Under the pieces are notes generated by a model. It was not told where the DNA came from. It saw only the letters and a list, made by a program, of their open reading frames with translations, and made no database searches. Below are positions 1-19,420 of a stretch of DNA of 64,000 bases, in pieces (the stretch's first letter is position 1; each line of letters begins with the position of its first letter). The position numbers were made by a program, and so were the translations under genes. Origin of the DNA: the human T2T-CHM13v2.0 reference genome, Homo sapiens; assembly GCF_009914755.1 (NCBI RefSeq), contig NC_060947.1. One strand, given 5' to 3'.

Positions 1-544
1 GCAGCTGCCATTGGGGTTAGGGTTGGAAATTTCCATATCACTGGTAGCTGAGTTCCTGACTAGTTGGGATAATCAAGGGTAGTTGAGAGCCAAGTACTTA
101 ATGATTATCTCCACTCTGCAAATGACCAATGTCTTGTGGCATACATTACCCAAACTTCTCATTCTACTTGGAATACTCCTTCTGTAGCAAGTCTAGGTCC
201 TTCTAGAGCCGTCTTCAGAGTTGAGGTCTGGCAAACTCATTCCATGCCCAAGATCAAAACCAGTAGGCTTACCACTTTACCATTGGCATCCAAGCTTGAC
301 TTCTTGATCTTCAAGTGACATGCTTTCTGTATCCTCATTTCTGCCTTTATTCTTTCTTCTCCAAAATTCCCAAAGTGGTCTTGGGCAGAGAAGATAATGA
401 TGGGTTTTGGTTGTCCTTAAAAAGTCTGCATGGATATCTTCACAGGAAAGCAGCATGCTTTTACCTAATTTTGTTTTGTCCTCTCAGGTACATGGTGATT
501 CCTAGTCTATCATGTGTGTGAATTTCTTGGGGTTCTGCTACAAG

Positions 545-650
545 GCAGATTCTGTTTCAGTGGATCTGGGTGGGGCTTCACATTCTATGTGTCTAAGTCC
601 TGGGCAATGTTGATACTGCTCATCCATGGACCATATATTGTGTCTTGAGG
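545..650. mobile_element. MER5-like hAT DNA transposon fragment
   Basis: gattctgtttcagtggatctgggtggggc...tgatactgct...ggacca resembles MER5A. Confidence 0.5.
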
Positions 651-1039
651 TTTTACAACACAGGTGTATATAGGTTTATGTATATAGGTGATGCCCTGCA
701 TAAACTCACTACAGAAAACGACCTGGGCTAGAAATGGTAGCAGAGTGCAACCTAGGGGTCCCTGGGTTGGCTTAAACTCAGTAGGTAGGCATGGAACTTG
801 GGATGGCCACTTTCTTGACCCTTAGCAGGAATTGCATGGGTCCAGGCAATTTATCACAAGAAAAACAAAGTAAATGCCCCAGATGGATCAACTCAAATGC
901 ATCAGTACTAGTAGAAACAACTAAAATGATGGCTACCTGGCTGGATTCATGTTCTGTGGTAGCATCTTCCTCTACTGCTGATGTGAGGTTGGTCCCTGAA
1001 GCAGAAATGGCTCTTGTCGCCCAGGGACAAAGGAGTCTT

Positions 1040-1460
1040 GGCTGGGCACGGTGGCTCATGCCTGTAATCCCAACACTATGGGAGGCTGAGACAGGAGGAT
1101 TGCTTGAGCCCAGGAGTTAAAGACCAGCCTGGACAACATGGCAAAACCCTGTCTCAAAAAAAGAAAGAAAGGAAGAGAGAAAGAGAGAAAGAAAGAGAGA
1201 GAGAAAGAAGGAAGGAAGGAAAGGAAGGAGAGAGAGAGAGAAAAAAAAAGAAAGGAAGAAAGAAAAGAAAGAAAGAAAAGAAAAGAAAAAAAGAAGAAAA
1301 GAAAAGAAAACTTTGCTGAGCCCCCAGGCTTGGTGGCTGAGATGAAAGCATCGCTGGAGCCCAGCAGGTTGAGTCCGCAGTGAGCTGCGATTGTGCCACT
1401 ACACTCCAGCCTGGGCTACACAGAGGGACCATTTCCAAAACCAAGAAAGAAACAAAAAAG
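1040..1460 (+). mobile_element. Old Alu with a GA-rich expansion (1156-1310) between the arms
   Basis: ggctgggcacggtggctcatgcctgtaatccc left arm, purine tract, then degenerate right arm ending cactccagcctggg. Confidence 0.85.
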
Positions 1461-2579
1461 GGAGTCTTGCTAAGTTGATGCCTTTAGAACTCGTTGTTCG
1501 TAGAGACAAAGTTGGTGTGTGGGAGCTCCCCATGCACTTCTCTGGAGGATAAGAGAGGGTAGCTCCATTCTTTGTTGAGAAAAGTGCATTTGCCCAGAGG
1601 GCTTGGGGGCTCAGGTTTAAAAAGAAAAGTCTGAAGGTCAGTGCTTGCTGATGATAATAAGTGATGCTGAAATTATCTAGCATCTAGATGCTAAAATGTC
1701 ACCCTTTACCATCTTTTCAACATCCTTCTGTCTCAGTGGTATGAAATGATTAATTTCACCCAGGGTAATTGGCTATTTAAACTTACTGGCACTGGCAAAA
1801 AATGCATTAAGGTGGACATTCTAAAATCAAAGATATTAATATTAAGATCTATTTTATTTCTTTAAAAAATTACATGAGATCTTCCAGGGACCATGTAATG
1901 AGCAATAGTTAGCATATAAAGTACTCCAGACCCATCCAAACATTTGTCAACACTACAGTATAAACATTATTCCTTTATTTTCCAAATTTCTGGTGTAGAG
2001 TGTGTTGCAATTGTTGGAAACTAGACTGAGATTAAACAGTGAGTAATACTCAGTATTGCAACCTGTCGTTTCCAATTTCCTGAACCATCAGGAGAATACA
2101 GTGCCTCTTTTTAGTGTTATTTATGAACCATAGCTTTTGCATCCATTTTGCAATTACACATGGCCAACGTTTAATATATAAAGTCATGAAAACTCTTTGG
2201 AATCTAATTGTTTTTTTCCCCTCTGGCTGGAACGAATAGTTAAGCAGAGGAAACTGTAAAGAGGTTCATGTAGATTTCACAGAATGTGTTTTATGATCTT
2301 TTTGCATCATGAGTTTGGCTCTGTCTCCAGGGGAATGCAATTCTCCCAATGAAATGGGGAACTCAGGCTTCCTCCAACCAATTGTTCTCTTTCCTTGAAT
2401 TTATTCCATGGCAAGAATGGAATATCCCTGCAAAGATTCTCTAGGATGATCCAGACAAAGTCAATTCATTCATTCATGGGTGCTTGCATTCATTTAATGA
2501 ATATTAATGACCTAGACTGTGCCAGATATTGGAGTAGGCCTGCATATATATGGGTCCCAACATTTGGTCTCAGAAAGTA

Positions 2580-3220
2580 ATAGGTAGATAGACAAATAGA
2601 TGGATGGATGGGCGGGGTAAGTGGATGAATGGATAACTGGATAGAAAGTTGGGTGCATAGATGGATGAATTATTAGGTGGATTAATGGATGGACAGATAG
2701 ATGGGTAAATGGATAAGTGGGTAGCTAGGTAGTTGGATAGTTGATTGGATGAATGGATGGATAGATAGTCAGATAGATGTTATATAGAGAGATGGATGGA
2801 TGTATATATGGATGATGGATGGACAGATGGATGGGTGGATGGATGAATGGGTAGATACATAATTGGTTAGTTGATTGAATGAATGGATGGATAGATAGTT
2901 GAATAGATGGTTATAGGGAGAGATGAATGGATGGATATATGGATGATGGATGGGCTGATAAATGGGTAGATGGATGATGGGCAGATAAATAGTTGGATAG
3001 TTGATTGGACGAATGGGCGGATAGATAGTTGGATAGATGGTTATATGGAGAGATAAAGGGATGATAGATGGACAGACTGCATGGGTGAATGGATGCATAG
3101 ATAGTTGGATAGATACTTGGTTGGATGGATTACAGATGGAAAAATAGATGAATATATGTATGGATAGATAAATAATCGCATAGATGGTTGGATGGACAGA
3201 TGGAAGATTCTCAACTTCAT
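2580..3220 (+). repeat. (GATG/GATA)n degenerate tetranucleotide repeat
   Basis: Direct inspection. Confidence 0.95.
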
Positions 3221-3888
3221 GGCTTAATGCCAACTCCTCTCCACCTTTCATGTCGATTGGTGGTCCCAGGGGGTGCAAAATGGGTGGTCTCATACAGTAG
3301 TTCTAAGCAGGTGTGCTGTTCTCAGCAGCCTCAGGGACCAGCTGTGTTACCTTGTTCATGTAACTCAACTTCTCTGCTCCCCGTCACATCTTTAAAGCAG
3401 AGGACAGGATGGCTGCGAGAATGACGTGAGAAAATCTGGGTCTCAGTGGTGTAGGGAGAGCTAAAGGGATGCTACTACAATTCAGAGAGTGATCATTAAA
3501 TGTGCCTCTTCAAATGTGCTTCAGGACAGTCCTCTTCCGTGGCTCAAAAAAATGAGGTCAGTCATTTCCCGACCGCAAACCCTGTCCATTTGTGTATCGC
3601 TTAAAAGTAAGTGACCTTACTTTTGAATTTACATCTCTTCCAATAAAAGAAACAGGAGTCCAAAGTTATCTGGAATAAGACATGTCATAAAAACACAGGG
3701 GTGTCAACCACAATGTGGAAGATGAATAACCCTGTATAACACGCAGGAAGAAAAATAAGCTGTCTCCATTCAGCCAATGAATGAAACAAATCCAAATGCA
3801 AGTGAGAATAGGGGTAGGGGTTATTACCAAGCAGGTTCACAGGCTTGCTGATGATTAAATGAAATTATATTTATCCTGGGAACACTGA

Positions 3889-4362
<474 letters not shown>

Positions 4363-4471
4363 TAGAATTGACGGTAGGAAATGGAGCTCTCTACTTCCTC
4401 ATTTCCAGAGTAAGCAGGGCGCACGTTCCCATGGTGCCCTTCTATTTTTTCACAACACTCTAAGTTTTCTC

Positions 4472-4780
4472 AGCTGGGTGCGGTGGCTTACACCTGCAAT
4501 CCCAGCACTTTGGGAGGCTGAGGTGGGAGGATCACTTGAGCCCCGAAGTTTGAAACCAGCTTGGGCAACATAGCAAGACCCCATCTCTCAAAATATCTTT
4601 AAAAAATTAGCCAGTCACGGAGGTATGTGCCTGTAGTCCCAGCTACTCAGGAGGCTGACGTGGGAGGATTGCTTGAGCCCAGGAGGTCAACAATGAAGTG
4701 AGCTATGATGTCATTCCAGCGTGGGTGACAGAGTCTGACCTTGTCTCAAAATAATAAATAAATAAATAAATAAATAAATA
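4472..4780 (+). mobile_element. Alu (J-like) with (AAAT)n tail
   Basis: Alu consensus. Confidence 0.9.
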
Positions 4781-5099
4781 AAAGTATTATCCAAAAATAC
4801 TTAATTTTAAACATTTTCTCCAAACTCCCAATAGGGCATGAAACAGCTATTAACAATAATTACATTAACAATTTCTTTTTGCTATGATCATATCTGCAAA
4901 TTATAGGAAGGGTGCTGAGTCCACTGTAGCCAGTATACTTAGTACATCTGAGATACCCAAATCAGTGTGTCTCATCAGAGCTGCTCATAGACACGATAGG
5001 GGTTTCAGCAAACCCCTGATAACCCATGCATGACTTTTCTTTTTAAATGTGCCCGGTTTTCATTCATATTCGGAGTTTTCAGGTCAATCTCAAATACAC

Positions 5100-5134
5100 C
5101 TGTCTTCCCGTCTGTACAGAATATATGTATATAT

Positions 5135-5166
<32 letters not shown>

Positions 5167-5560
5167 CATACATAAAGGGGAGTTTATTATATATTAACTC
5201 ACACGATTACAAGGTCACACAATAAGCTGTCTGCAGGCTGAGCAGCAAGGAAGCCAGTCTGATAACTGAAGAACCTGGAGTCCAATGTTCAAGGGCAGGA
5301 AGCATCCAGCACGGGAGAAAGATGCAGTCTGGGAGGCTAGGCCAGTCTCTCTGCACATTTTTCTGCCTGCTTATATTCTAGCCAAATTGGTTGCTGATGA
5401 GATGGTGCACACGCTGATGAAGCGGGGTGCGGGGTTTGCCTTTCCCAGCCCACGGACTCAAATGTTAATCTCCCTTGGCAACACCCTCACAGACACACTC
5501 AGGATCAATACTTTGCATCGTTCAATCTAATCAAGTTGACACTCAGTATTAACCATCACA
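5100..5560. mobile_element. MLT2A-type ERVL LTR with internal (CT)n(TA)n
   Basis: taaaggggagtttatt...aatcaagttgacactcagtattaaccatcaca terminus typical of MLT2A. Confidence 0.75.
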
Positions 5561-5887
5561 CCATCTTTTCACAGCTGCTGCCAAAAACACAACTTCAATC
5601 TTCAACAGAATCTTTTTAATGAAAAGGAAATACCTTTGCCATTCAGAGTTTTAGAGAAAGTTCAAGGCCCTTTTCAAAAAAGAAAATAAAATTTTTAAAG
5701 AGGAGTGTCAATTCTTATCTTGTTAGCTAGTATTCAAGGATGAAGTTGCAGCTGTGGCTTAATTACAGAATCCTGCCCACTTAATTCAACACGATTCACA
5801 CTTAAGTTCACACACATCTACTTTTTCTCATTTTGTTCTTTGGTGAATTTAAAATATTCAGAATAATGGTAACAGTAATGGCTGTGA

Positions 5888-6295
<408 letters not shown>

Positions 6296-6734
6296 TAGAA
6301 ATACTGTGTTGTGGTAGGCATTATATTATCGTTATCATTGTTTTTCAAACTGGGGCACCTTAGGTAGGCAAAGGTTAAGGAATTGGCTCAGGTTGTGTTA
6401 CAATTGTATGCCCAAACTGGGCTTTAAGCCAAAGCAACCTGATTCTAGATCCAGACTATGTTCTTTGTCCAGACCTTCGTACTGGGGGGACCCTGACTCC
6501 TTCCATTAAGAGGGGCTTCTCCCCTTCTTTTATACCTAAGGACAAGCAGTAGAGAGATCAAGTCTGTACACAATGTTGAATGTAGGGTACGCACCCATGA
6601 GTCTGCCTGTGTCTTATGACAATGCTCCGTCAACCCGTCGGGAAGCTCTGCCTTCCTCTAGTGCTCTCCCCACCAATGCTTGGGCCCCCATACTACCACC
6701 AAGCCCGCCACTTTTATTTCCTTTTTTTAAAATT

Positions 6735-7349
<615 letters not shown>

Positions 7350-7554
7350 TAGATGAACAAAAATTATCTTATGCCATCTGTCACCCCAAGATTATAAAGG
7401 TCCCTTCCCAGAGGAATGTACCCTCCTCACAGCTCCCTCAAACACCCAGCCATCTTGTTAGCCATGTAGATATGAAAACTAACCCTTAGCCATGTGTCTG
7501 CCACATTTTCCTTCTTGGGGCTAATAATAAAATAAGTGTATTAAGACATGAGTT

Positions 7555-7865
7555 GATGGGATGCGGTGGCTCACGCCTGTCATCCCAGCACTTCGGGAGG
7601 CCGAGGTGGGCAGATTACCTGAGGTCAGGAGTTCGAGACCAACCTGGCCAACATGCTGAAACCCCGTCTCTACTAAAAAAAAAAAAATACAAAATTAGAC
7701 AGGTATGGTGGCGTAAGCCTGTAATCCCAGCTACTCAGGAGGCTGAGGCAAGAGAATCACCTGAACCCAAGGAGGTGGAGGTTGCAGTGAGCCGAGATCG
7801 CGCCACTGCACTCCAGCCTGGGCGACAGAGCGAGACTCTGACTCAAAAAAAAAAGAAAAAGAAAA
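7555..7865 (+). mobile_element. Alu
   Basis: Alu consensus. Confidence 0.95.
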
Positions 7866-8291
7866 ACATGTTCTTTTTAAATCATAAATACAATTAAAAT
7901 TGTACTTATGAAATATGCCTTTTCAAACTTTGTTTCTTAGCTTTTGACCCTGTTCTGGGGTCGGTGAGGTACTTGTGTGAATCTTACAGCAGGTTTTTCT
8001 GCCTAGTGGTCTGACTGGCACGTCGAGCGCCTGCCCAGTGAAAGCTGAGACCAGCGAGGGTGGAGTGCTGTGTTCCCCTGTGCAGAGGGTGAGGAGCCTT
8101 CCTGAGTTTTTCCGAGACACAGAGAACCCAGACCTCCTTTAGGAAAATGACTATAGAATAGCTCGATTGTTAAAATCATCATGCGAGCTTTGCCAGCCGC
8201 TTTTTGTTGTTGTTGTTTTAATAGAAAGCATCCCTTCCCACAGCTAAGGAGACCACGTGAGAGGCATCTCATTCTATAGAATGCACCGAGA

Positions 8292-8710
<419 letters not shown>

Positions 8711-10129
8711 CTAACGGTATACAGGCTAGGGTTCTGTTTTCACAATGACACAAAGAGGTGCACCTGAGCCATGTGGTTTCAAAAAATATTTTATTTTCTG
8801 GAATAGCCATAATATCTCAGCTCTGTCTTTATGCCCTCTCTCCACACGGAGGAGGCAGAAGCTATGACAACACTGAGGTGCCACACATCACACCTGCAAA
8901 ACAGAATAATGGGAGCGTTTAGGAGACTGTAGAAAATGCTCACCAGGGTGCATACAGACAGGATGGGGGCTGGGCATTGCTGGGCTGCTGCTGTCTGTCA
9001 AGGACATTCAGAGAGATATACATGTCCCCGGGGCAGGGCCCGCCTCCATCTTCATCTCTTCTCTCTCATGTGTCAAATGAAGCAGAGGAAAAACAGCAGA
9101 GAGTCCTTCACGGCTGCTGGACTAGGCAATGCAACTCTCACAAGTGATGAGATTGAGAATGTGCCTTACACATCCCGTAGGTCTGGCGGTCACGAATGCG
9201 AGATTTGCTTCTAGAAATTTCTGGGACTCTTGTTTCATGTGCAAAGTGCCTAGTCTGTATCTGTAGGGCGATGCTGTTCTTCCAAGACATGATTTTTCCT
9301 TTTTACAACAGACAGGATAGGAATATTTGGGGTCACTTGGCAACAATGATGATGGGGAATCCTCTGTATCTCTTCCCTGGAGCATTTGCTCTGCACACAG
9401 AAGGAAGCCATTTGCACTGGATGGAGTCTGTATGAAGCTGGCAGCATGGATTGCATTGGAGAGTTAAGTAGGGCAAGCCCCCCAGTTGCACCTACTCTAA
9501 CGATGGTATAATCTGAAGCTGATTTGTCCTGTGGACGTCTCTAGCCAGTAATAAGAGTAAACAGTTCCAATGGGCTTCCCTTGGGCATTGGAACCCCTGT
9601 GAATTCCGACTCTGCACAAGAGCAAGGTGGACGAAAACTTCACAACAGAATGGGCCAGGCAAGGGGGCAGAGATGGCTGGATGGGACCACAAGGATGGAT
9701 GGAGGTTACAGATGCCAGCATGGCCCCAGAGGTGACACTGCCCATGAGTCCTGGTTACCCAGTGATGGCTTGGCAGGATGAGTGACGGGTGGGGAAGATG
9801 GCCTTTATCCTTATTGACAGTCATCTCACCCTTCACTCCTGCAGTGCAGCTGGGCTGACATGCTGGTGGACGTTCTTCAGAGAAGGGCCAAGCTGTGACC
9901 TTCAGAGATCCATCCCTCCACACTGGAGTCCTGGCCTACTGGTAGCTTATGAGGGGGATGCTCTTACAACTCCTTGGCTTGCACCTGGCATGCAGGCAAA
10001 CTGAAGACTCCACAGCCACTCCATCACTTTAGGGGCCCTAAGCAGATGCAAAGAGAAGGAAAAAAAAGAGTAAGAAAAAAAAAATCAATGGTAATCTGAT
10101 GAAGGGTTACCCCCCACCGCCGCCTCCTG

Positions 10130-10510
10130 CTCTCTTTAGAGACGGGGTCTGGCTCTGTTACCCAAGCTGGAGTGCAGAGGTGCAATCACAGCTGACTGTA
10201 ATCTCAAACCCTTGCACTTTTTAATCTTTTTTAGAGATGGGGCCTGGCTCTGTTGCTTAGGCTGGAGCACACTGGCGCAACCATAGCTGACTGTCATCTT
10301 AAACGCCTGGGCTTAAGCAATTCTTTTATCTCAGTCTCCTGAGTGGTTAACGCTACAAGTGTGTGCCACCAAGCAGATAATTTTTAATTTTTTTTTTTTT
10401 GTCTCATTAAGTTTCCCAGGCTGGTCTTGAACTCTTGCACTCAAGTAATCCTTCCACCTCAGCCTCCCGAAGTGCTGTGCTGACAGGCATGAGCCACGGC
10501 ATCCAGCCAG
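10130..10510 (-). mobile_element. Old Alu (J-like) with partially duplicated arm
   Basis: Degenerate Alu consensus; the tagagacggggtctggctctgtt block occurs twice. Confidence 0.8.
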
Positions 10511-10519
10511 TACATCTCT

Positions 10520-11660
10520 TTAATGCTACTGAGAAGTCATTTCACCCAGCACTTTGGTTCCTAGTATCATGTTCAAAAAAAAGAACCAGGGCTCTCTGGA
10601 ATAATGGTTAATTCTAAGAACGGAGCTTGGGTGATACAGATAGGCCTGGACCATCTTGTAGTACAAGAAAATAAGAAAATGCTCAAATACACAAAAAAAT
10701 GGGGGTGCGTGAAAGATAAGCAAAAGCCAACATGAAAGAGCTCCTGGTGCTCAAAGCTGAAACAATTTGGGCAATAAAATAAAATAATATTAGATGGCAA
10801 CCCAAAGCAATCAATTATTGAATAAAAACATAAATGAAGGAGGAGATACAAATCCCCTGTGCAGAAGAGTCCCATCCAAGTAATTGATGTAGATATTTTA
10901 TTCTCAAGAAGATGAAACATAACTCCCCACTCCTTTAAGTGTGGGTTGCATGTAGAGACTTCCTTTCAAAGAGCATGGTCAGGAGATCAATAACTTTTCA
11001 GTGGAGAAATCTGACAAACACCACCTCAGACGTGATCAAGGCCAAAGTCAACAATGGTAGGTCAGGCTGACAGTATGTACCTTGATATGATGTAATAAGA
11101 ATGACTCTTCATCGCTGCCGTCATCCTCTCCAAAGCCAACCACCCTAGTCTCACCATGAGAAAAGTTGCAGACAAATCCCAACAGAGGGACAGCTTGACA
11201 AAATACCTGACCCGTTGTCCTCAAGACAGTGTTTCTCGTATAGTCTGCAGCACCGTGAGCCAAATAAACCTCTTTTCTTTATAAATCACTCAGCTCAGTT
11301 ACTCCTCTATAGCAATACAAAATGGACTAATACACAAGCCACATCCAAGTGCCATTTGTGGCAAGGGGCCCTTGTATGGTCTGCAGGCCTTGCTTTGGAT
11401 GACCTTGAAGTAAGGTCTTGTATTTGACTCTTGAACAGTCTGCAGAACTGTGAGCCAAATAAATATCTTTTTAATAAATAAACCCATACAAGAGTCATGT
11501 ACAAGACCTTGCTTCGAGGTCATGAAAAACAAGGCAAGTCTCAGAAACTGTCACAGCCAAGAGGAGGCATGACTCAATGTAATGTGGGTTCTGGAGGAGA
11601 TCCTGGGACAGAAAGAGGACATCAGGAGGAAAGTAGTGAAGTCCAGTAAACAGAAGAGTT
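10520..11660 (+). mobile_element. Old L1M (L1MC/MD-like) 3' region interrupted by MaLR fragments
   Basis: A-rich L1M 3' UTR-like motifs (aaagaaccagggctc, gtggagaaatctgacaaacaccacctc). Confidence 0.5.
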
Positions 11661-11729
11661 TAGATTACAAAGGGTGCGGGGTTGGGGGGTGGGCAGGAGA
11701 CCCTAACAAGTACCTGCATAACTAGCATT

Positions 11730-12023
11730 TTTCCTTTTTTTTTGAGATGGAGTCTCGCTCTGTCGCCCAGGCTGGAGTGCAGTAGCTCGACCTCAGCTCA
11801 CTGCAAGCTCTGCCTCCCAGGTTCAAGCGATTCTCCTGCCTCAGCCTCCTGAGTAGCTGGGACTACAGGTGCCCGCCACCACGCCTGGCTAATTATTTGT
11901 ATTTTTAGTAGAGATGGGGTTTCACCGTGTTAGCCAGGCTGGTCTCGATCTCCTGACCTCATGATCTGCCTGTCTCGGCCTCCCAAAGTGCTGGGATTAC
12001 AGGCCTAAGCCACTGCGCCTGGC
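11730..12023 (-). mobile_element. Alu
   Basis: Alu consensus. Confidence 0.95.
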
Positions 12024-12461
12024 TGCATTTTTCCATTTATAGATTGCCTTTATTCTGCATATGGTAGAACCAAATGGAAGTCAAGACACAAGCATCTGGG
12101 GTGCTGGAGCCTGAGAAGACCTGTCTGGAGCTTGACAGAAATTCTGAATCCCCACCGACTCTCAGTCTACCCAGAAAGACAATGACCCAATAAAGAAACA
12201 GACTTTAGTCCTGTGTGAATTTGCTTGGGCTGTGTGTGGGGAGGCCCCTCCATCAGGGATAGTTCTGGCTAAATATCGCATGTGGAAAACTACCAGATGG
12301 TTGAGAGTGAAGATGAGAGAAGAGCCAGGGAGGGAAGAGATGCTTTCTTCAGGGCCAGGGGAGAGAAATTCCATAAGAAAAGCATAGGGTTAGCTGGAAG
12401 ACAAAATGAGACTTGTGCTATCCAGATTGGGGGCACCAGCCACAAATGGCATTTGGATGTG

Positions 12462-12889
12462 GTGTCTTCGTCCATTTTGTATTGCTATAAAGGAATATCC
12501 CAGGCTGGGTGACTTATTAAAGAAAAGGGGTGTATTAGGCTTACCGTTCTGCAAACTCTATAAGAAGCAAGCATGGTGTTGGCATCTGCTCAGCTTCTGG
12601 TGAGGCCTCAGAAAGCTTTTACTCATGGAGGAAGGCAAGGGGAACCAGAGCGTCACATGGTGAAAGAGGGAGCAAGAGAGAGAGGAGGAGGAGCCAGGCT
12701 CTTTTTAACAATCAGCTCTTGCATGAACTAATACTGTGAGAACTCGCACATTACCATGAGGATGGCACCAAGTCATTCATGAGGAATCTGTTCCTGTGAC
12801 GGAAACACCTCCCACCAGGCCTCACCTCCAACACGGGGGATGCTATTTCAACAGGAGATTTGGAAGGGACAAACACCCAAAGGATGTCA

Positions 12890-12890
<1 letters not shown>
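12462..12890. mobile_element. MST-family MaLR LTR
   Basis: tgtcttcgtccattttgtattgctataaaggaata...ggagatttggaagggacaaaca. Confidence 0.8.
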
Positions 12891-14664
<1,774 letters not shown>

Positions 14665-15324
14665 TGACGGGTAGAGTTCTTCCAGACCCTGAAAACCTGG
14701 GGCATCCAGGGAAAATACAGAAACAGGGCTCCGGGTACCTCAGTGGAGTACTAGGTGGGGCTGTAGCCACATAGCTGTGTTCCCCTGAGGCCCCCAAAAG
14801 CCCCATGATCTCCAGGGACACCGGGCTGGGCAGGCTGCTATTCCACCTCTCACCTCTTTGAACCCCAGTCCCTCCACCTTTCACAGTGGCATAAAGACTC
14901 TTCCCAATTAGGATGACCCAAACATCTGGGTCAAGGAAGATTCAGTGACCCAGGGACCTGTCCTTGCTCCAGGCAAATCAGTTGGAGCAACTTGGAAGTG
15001 ACTAGATATTTATTCTGAGCACTTGGGACGAAGCTTGGGGGTATAGGGAATTCCTTGATACCTTCTCAAAGAATTCAAAGTCTACTGAAAAGGGCTTTCC
15101 TTCACTTGAGTATCTCAAATATTCATCTGGGAACGCTATCTACCACCTCCTGAATCGCTGCTATTGGTAAGATAATGGGTTGATCTCCACAAATTATAAT
15201 GATGATCACACTTGCTAGCCCCAGGAACCAGCCGCATCCAATTCAGCTTTTGCAAGGAATCTAATTCCTGTCTGTCTCTTCCCCACCTGTAACTCTATAA
15301 ATCTTATCTTTAAGAATGGGTGGG

Positions 15325-15965
<641 letters not shown>

Positions 15966-16321
15966 CTAATTATGTTCTAGGTATGGCACCGCTTTCAGAG
16001 TCAGTTTCCAGATGTGCAATTTTAGTACACAAGAACCTTTATCAGCCCCTTACTTTCTCTGTTTCTTCATGAATCCTTGAGGCAGAGGTCCAACATGGAG
16101 AATCATGGTGCTCAATGAGTGGTGGACCTTGGCCAGGTGACTTGGGCCTAAGGCAGCATGTCTGTCGAGTGATGATCATGTTACTTACCTGCCAAAGCTT
16201 ATGTGTGGATAAGGTGTTGTCATAAGGTGGGTTCCCCAGACACAGAGACTGAGGTTGGGATTCAAAGACATAGAGCATTTGCAGAGGGAGGGAGGGAAGC
16301 CCGTTTAAAAAGGCACTAAGC

Positions 16322-16622
16322 CGGCCAGGGGTGGTGGTGGCTCACGCCTGTAATCCCAACACTTTGGGAGGCTGAGGCAGTTGGATCAGGAGGTCAAAAG
16401 ATCAAGACCATCCTGGCCAACACGGTGAAACCTCATCTCTACTAAAAATACAAAAATTAGCCGTGCGTGGCAGTGTGCACCTGTAGTCCCAGCTACTCGG
16501 GAGGCTAAGGCAGGAGAATCGTTGAACCCGGGAGGCGGAGGTGGCAGTGAGCTGAGATCGCACCACTGCACTCCAGCCTGGTGACAGAGTGAGAATCCGT
16601 CTCCAAAAAAAAAAAAAAAAAA
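16322..16622 (+). mobile_element. Alu
   Basis: Alu consensus; TSD aaaaaggcact. Confidence 0.95.
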
Positions 16623-17134
16623 GGCACTGAGGCATGATTTGATCTCAGGACATATCTCAACCTGGTCAACAGCAGGCTCTGGAATACAAATTGGGCTGCA
16701 GAATTTGCTGCCTTTGGGCATGGAAGTATGTGTGTGTGTGTGTGTGCGCGCGCACATATGTATGTGTGCATGCATGATCTCACGTGCTGTGGCTTCCTCT
16801 ACCTGAAATGAATCTTCACCTTAGCGTTATCTGGATAACTGTATCTTGACCTTCAGGGCTACACCAAGCATCACGATGCCTTAAACATCTCCTCCCAAGC
16901 CCACCTGGGTTCTTCCTCCATGTTCCTGTAGCACAGAGACTCTGAGATCTGTCTGCCAGCTGTTTTATGGCATGTGGCCCGGACTTCTGTTATACCCTGG
17001 ATCAAAATGTACCACAATTATCAAATAACCTTGCCATCTCCCCAGCTGGGAATTTACACTCAGAGCAGGAACCAGGTTTGTCCAGTATTATAACTGCTGG
17101 TACATAAGAGCCAGGAAAGGTTTGTTAAATGAGT

Positions 17135-17745
17135 GTTTCAGGCTAAATTGTGTCTCTTCGAAATGCCCATGTTGAAACCTTAGCCCTCATTTGTGACGGT
17201 GTTTGAAGATAAGGCCTTCAAAGAGGTCATTATGCGAAAATTATGTCATTAGGGTAGGGCCTGATCCAACAGGACTGGTGCCCTTATAAGAAGAGGAGAC
17301 GAGGACACAGACACACACAGAGGGTTGACCCTGTGAGGACACAGGGAGAAGACGGTGTCTACAAGCCCAGGAGAGAGGCCTCAGGAGGAACCAGCCCTGC
17401 CCACACCTGGATCTCGGACTTCCAGCCTCCAGGACTGTGGGAGAATCAATGCCTGTTGCTTATAAGCCACCCAGTCTATGGTATTCTGTGATAGCAGCCT
17501 GAGATGGACTAAGACACTTCATAAGAAGAGGAGATGAGGACACAGACACACAGAGGGGCGACCCTGTGAGTACACAGGGAGAAGATGGCGTCTACAAGCC
17601 CAGGAGAGAGGCCTCAGGAGGAACCAACCTTGCCCATACCCTGATCTCAGACTTCCAGCCTCCAGGCCTCCAGGAGAATCAATGTCCCTTGTTTAAGCTT
17701 CCAAGTTTGCGGTCCTTTGTTATGGCAGCCTTAGCAAACTAATAC
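17135..17745 (+). mobile_element. MLT1-type MaLR LTR with an internal ~235-bp tandem duplication
   Basis: ataagaagaggaga.gaggacacagacacac...ggcctcaggaggaacca occurs at ~17286 and ~17521. Confidence 0.8.
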
Positions 17746-18089
17746 AATGAATGAATCAAACAGCACATGTATTACAATTCTAGTTGTGCTATCCAATAGA
17801 ATAGCCACCAGCCACATGTGGCTGTTTACGTTTAAATCAATATAGCTCAATAAAAATAAATATTCAAGCCTTGAATGAAACCATACTCAATAGCCACTTG
17901 TGGTTGGTGCTTCCAACATTGCAGTTGTCTTCCTCCTCAAGAGTCGTGTTCTTGGTTGAATTCATCTCCCCTGCCCCTGAGGAAAGCACCCGTTGTCTCT
18001 CCGCACTTCTGAAGGTTTACTGCCCCACCATCTGTCCCCAGATGGAGAACCCTTGCAGGATGCAAGGGGATATTGAAATGATGTTTGCA

Positions 18090-18900
<811 letters not shown>

Positions 18901-18973
18901 TTTTTTCTTAAGCATCTTTTTTAGATGCCTTTGTTCTCATATTTCTGTTTACCTCTACTATTTTATTCGCTTA

Positions 18974-19420
<447 letters not shown>

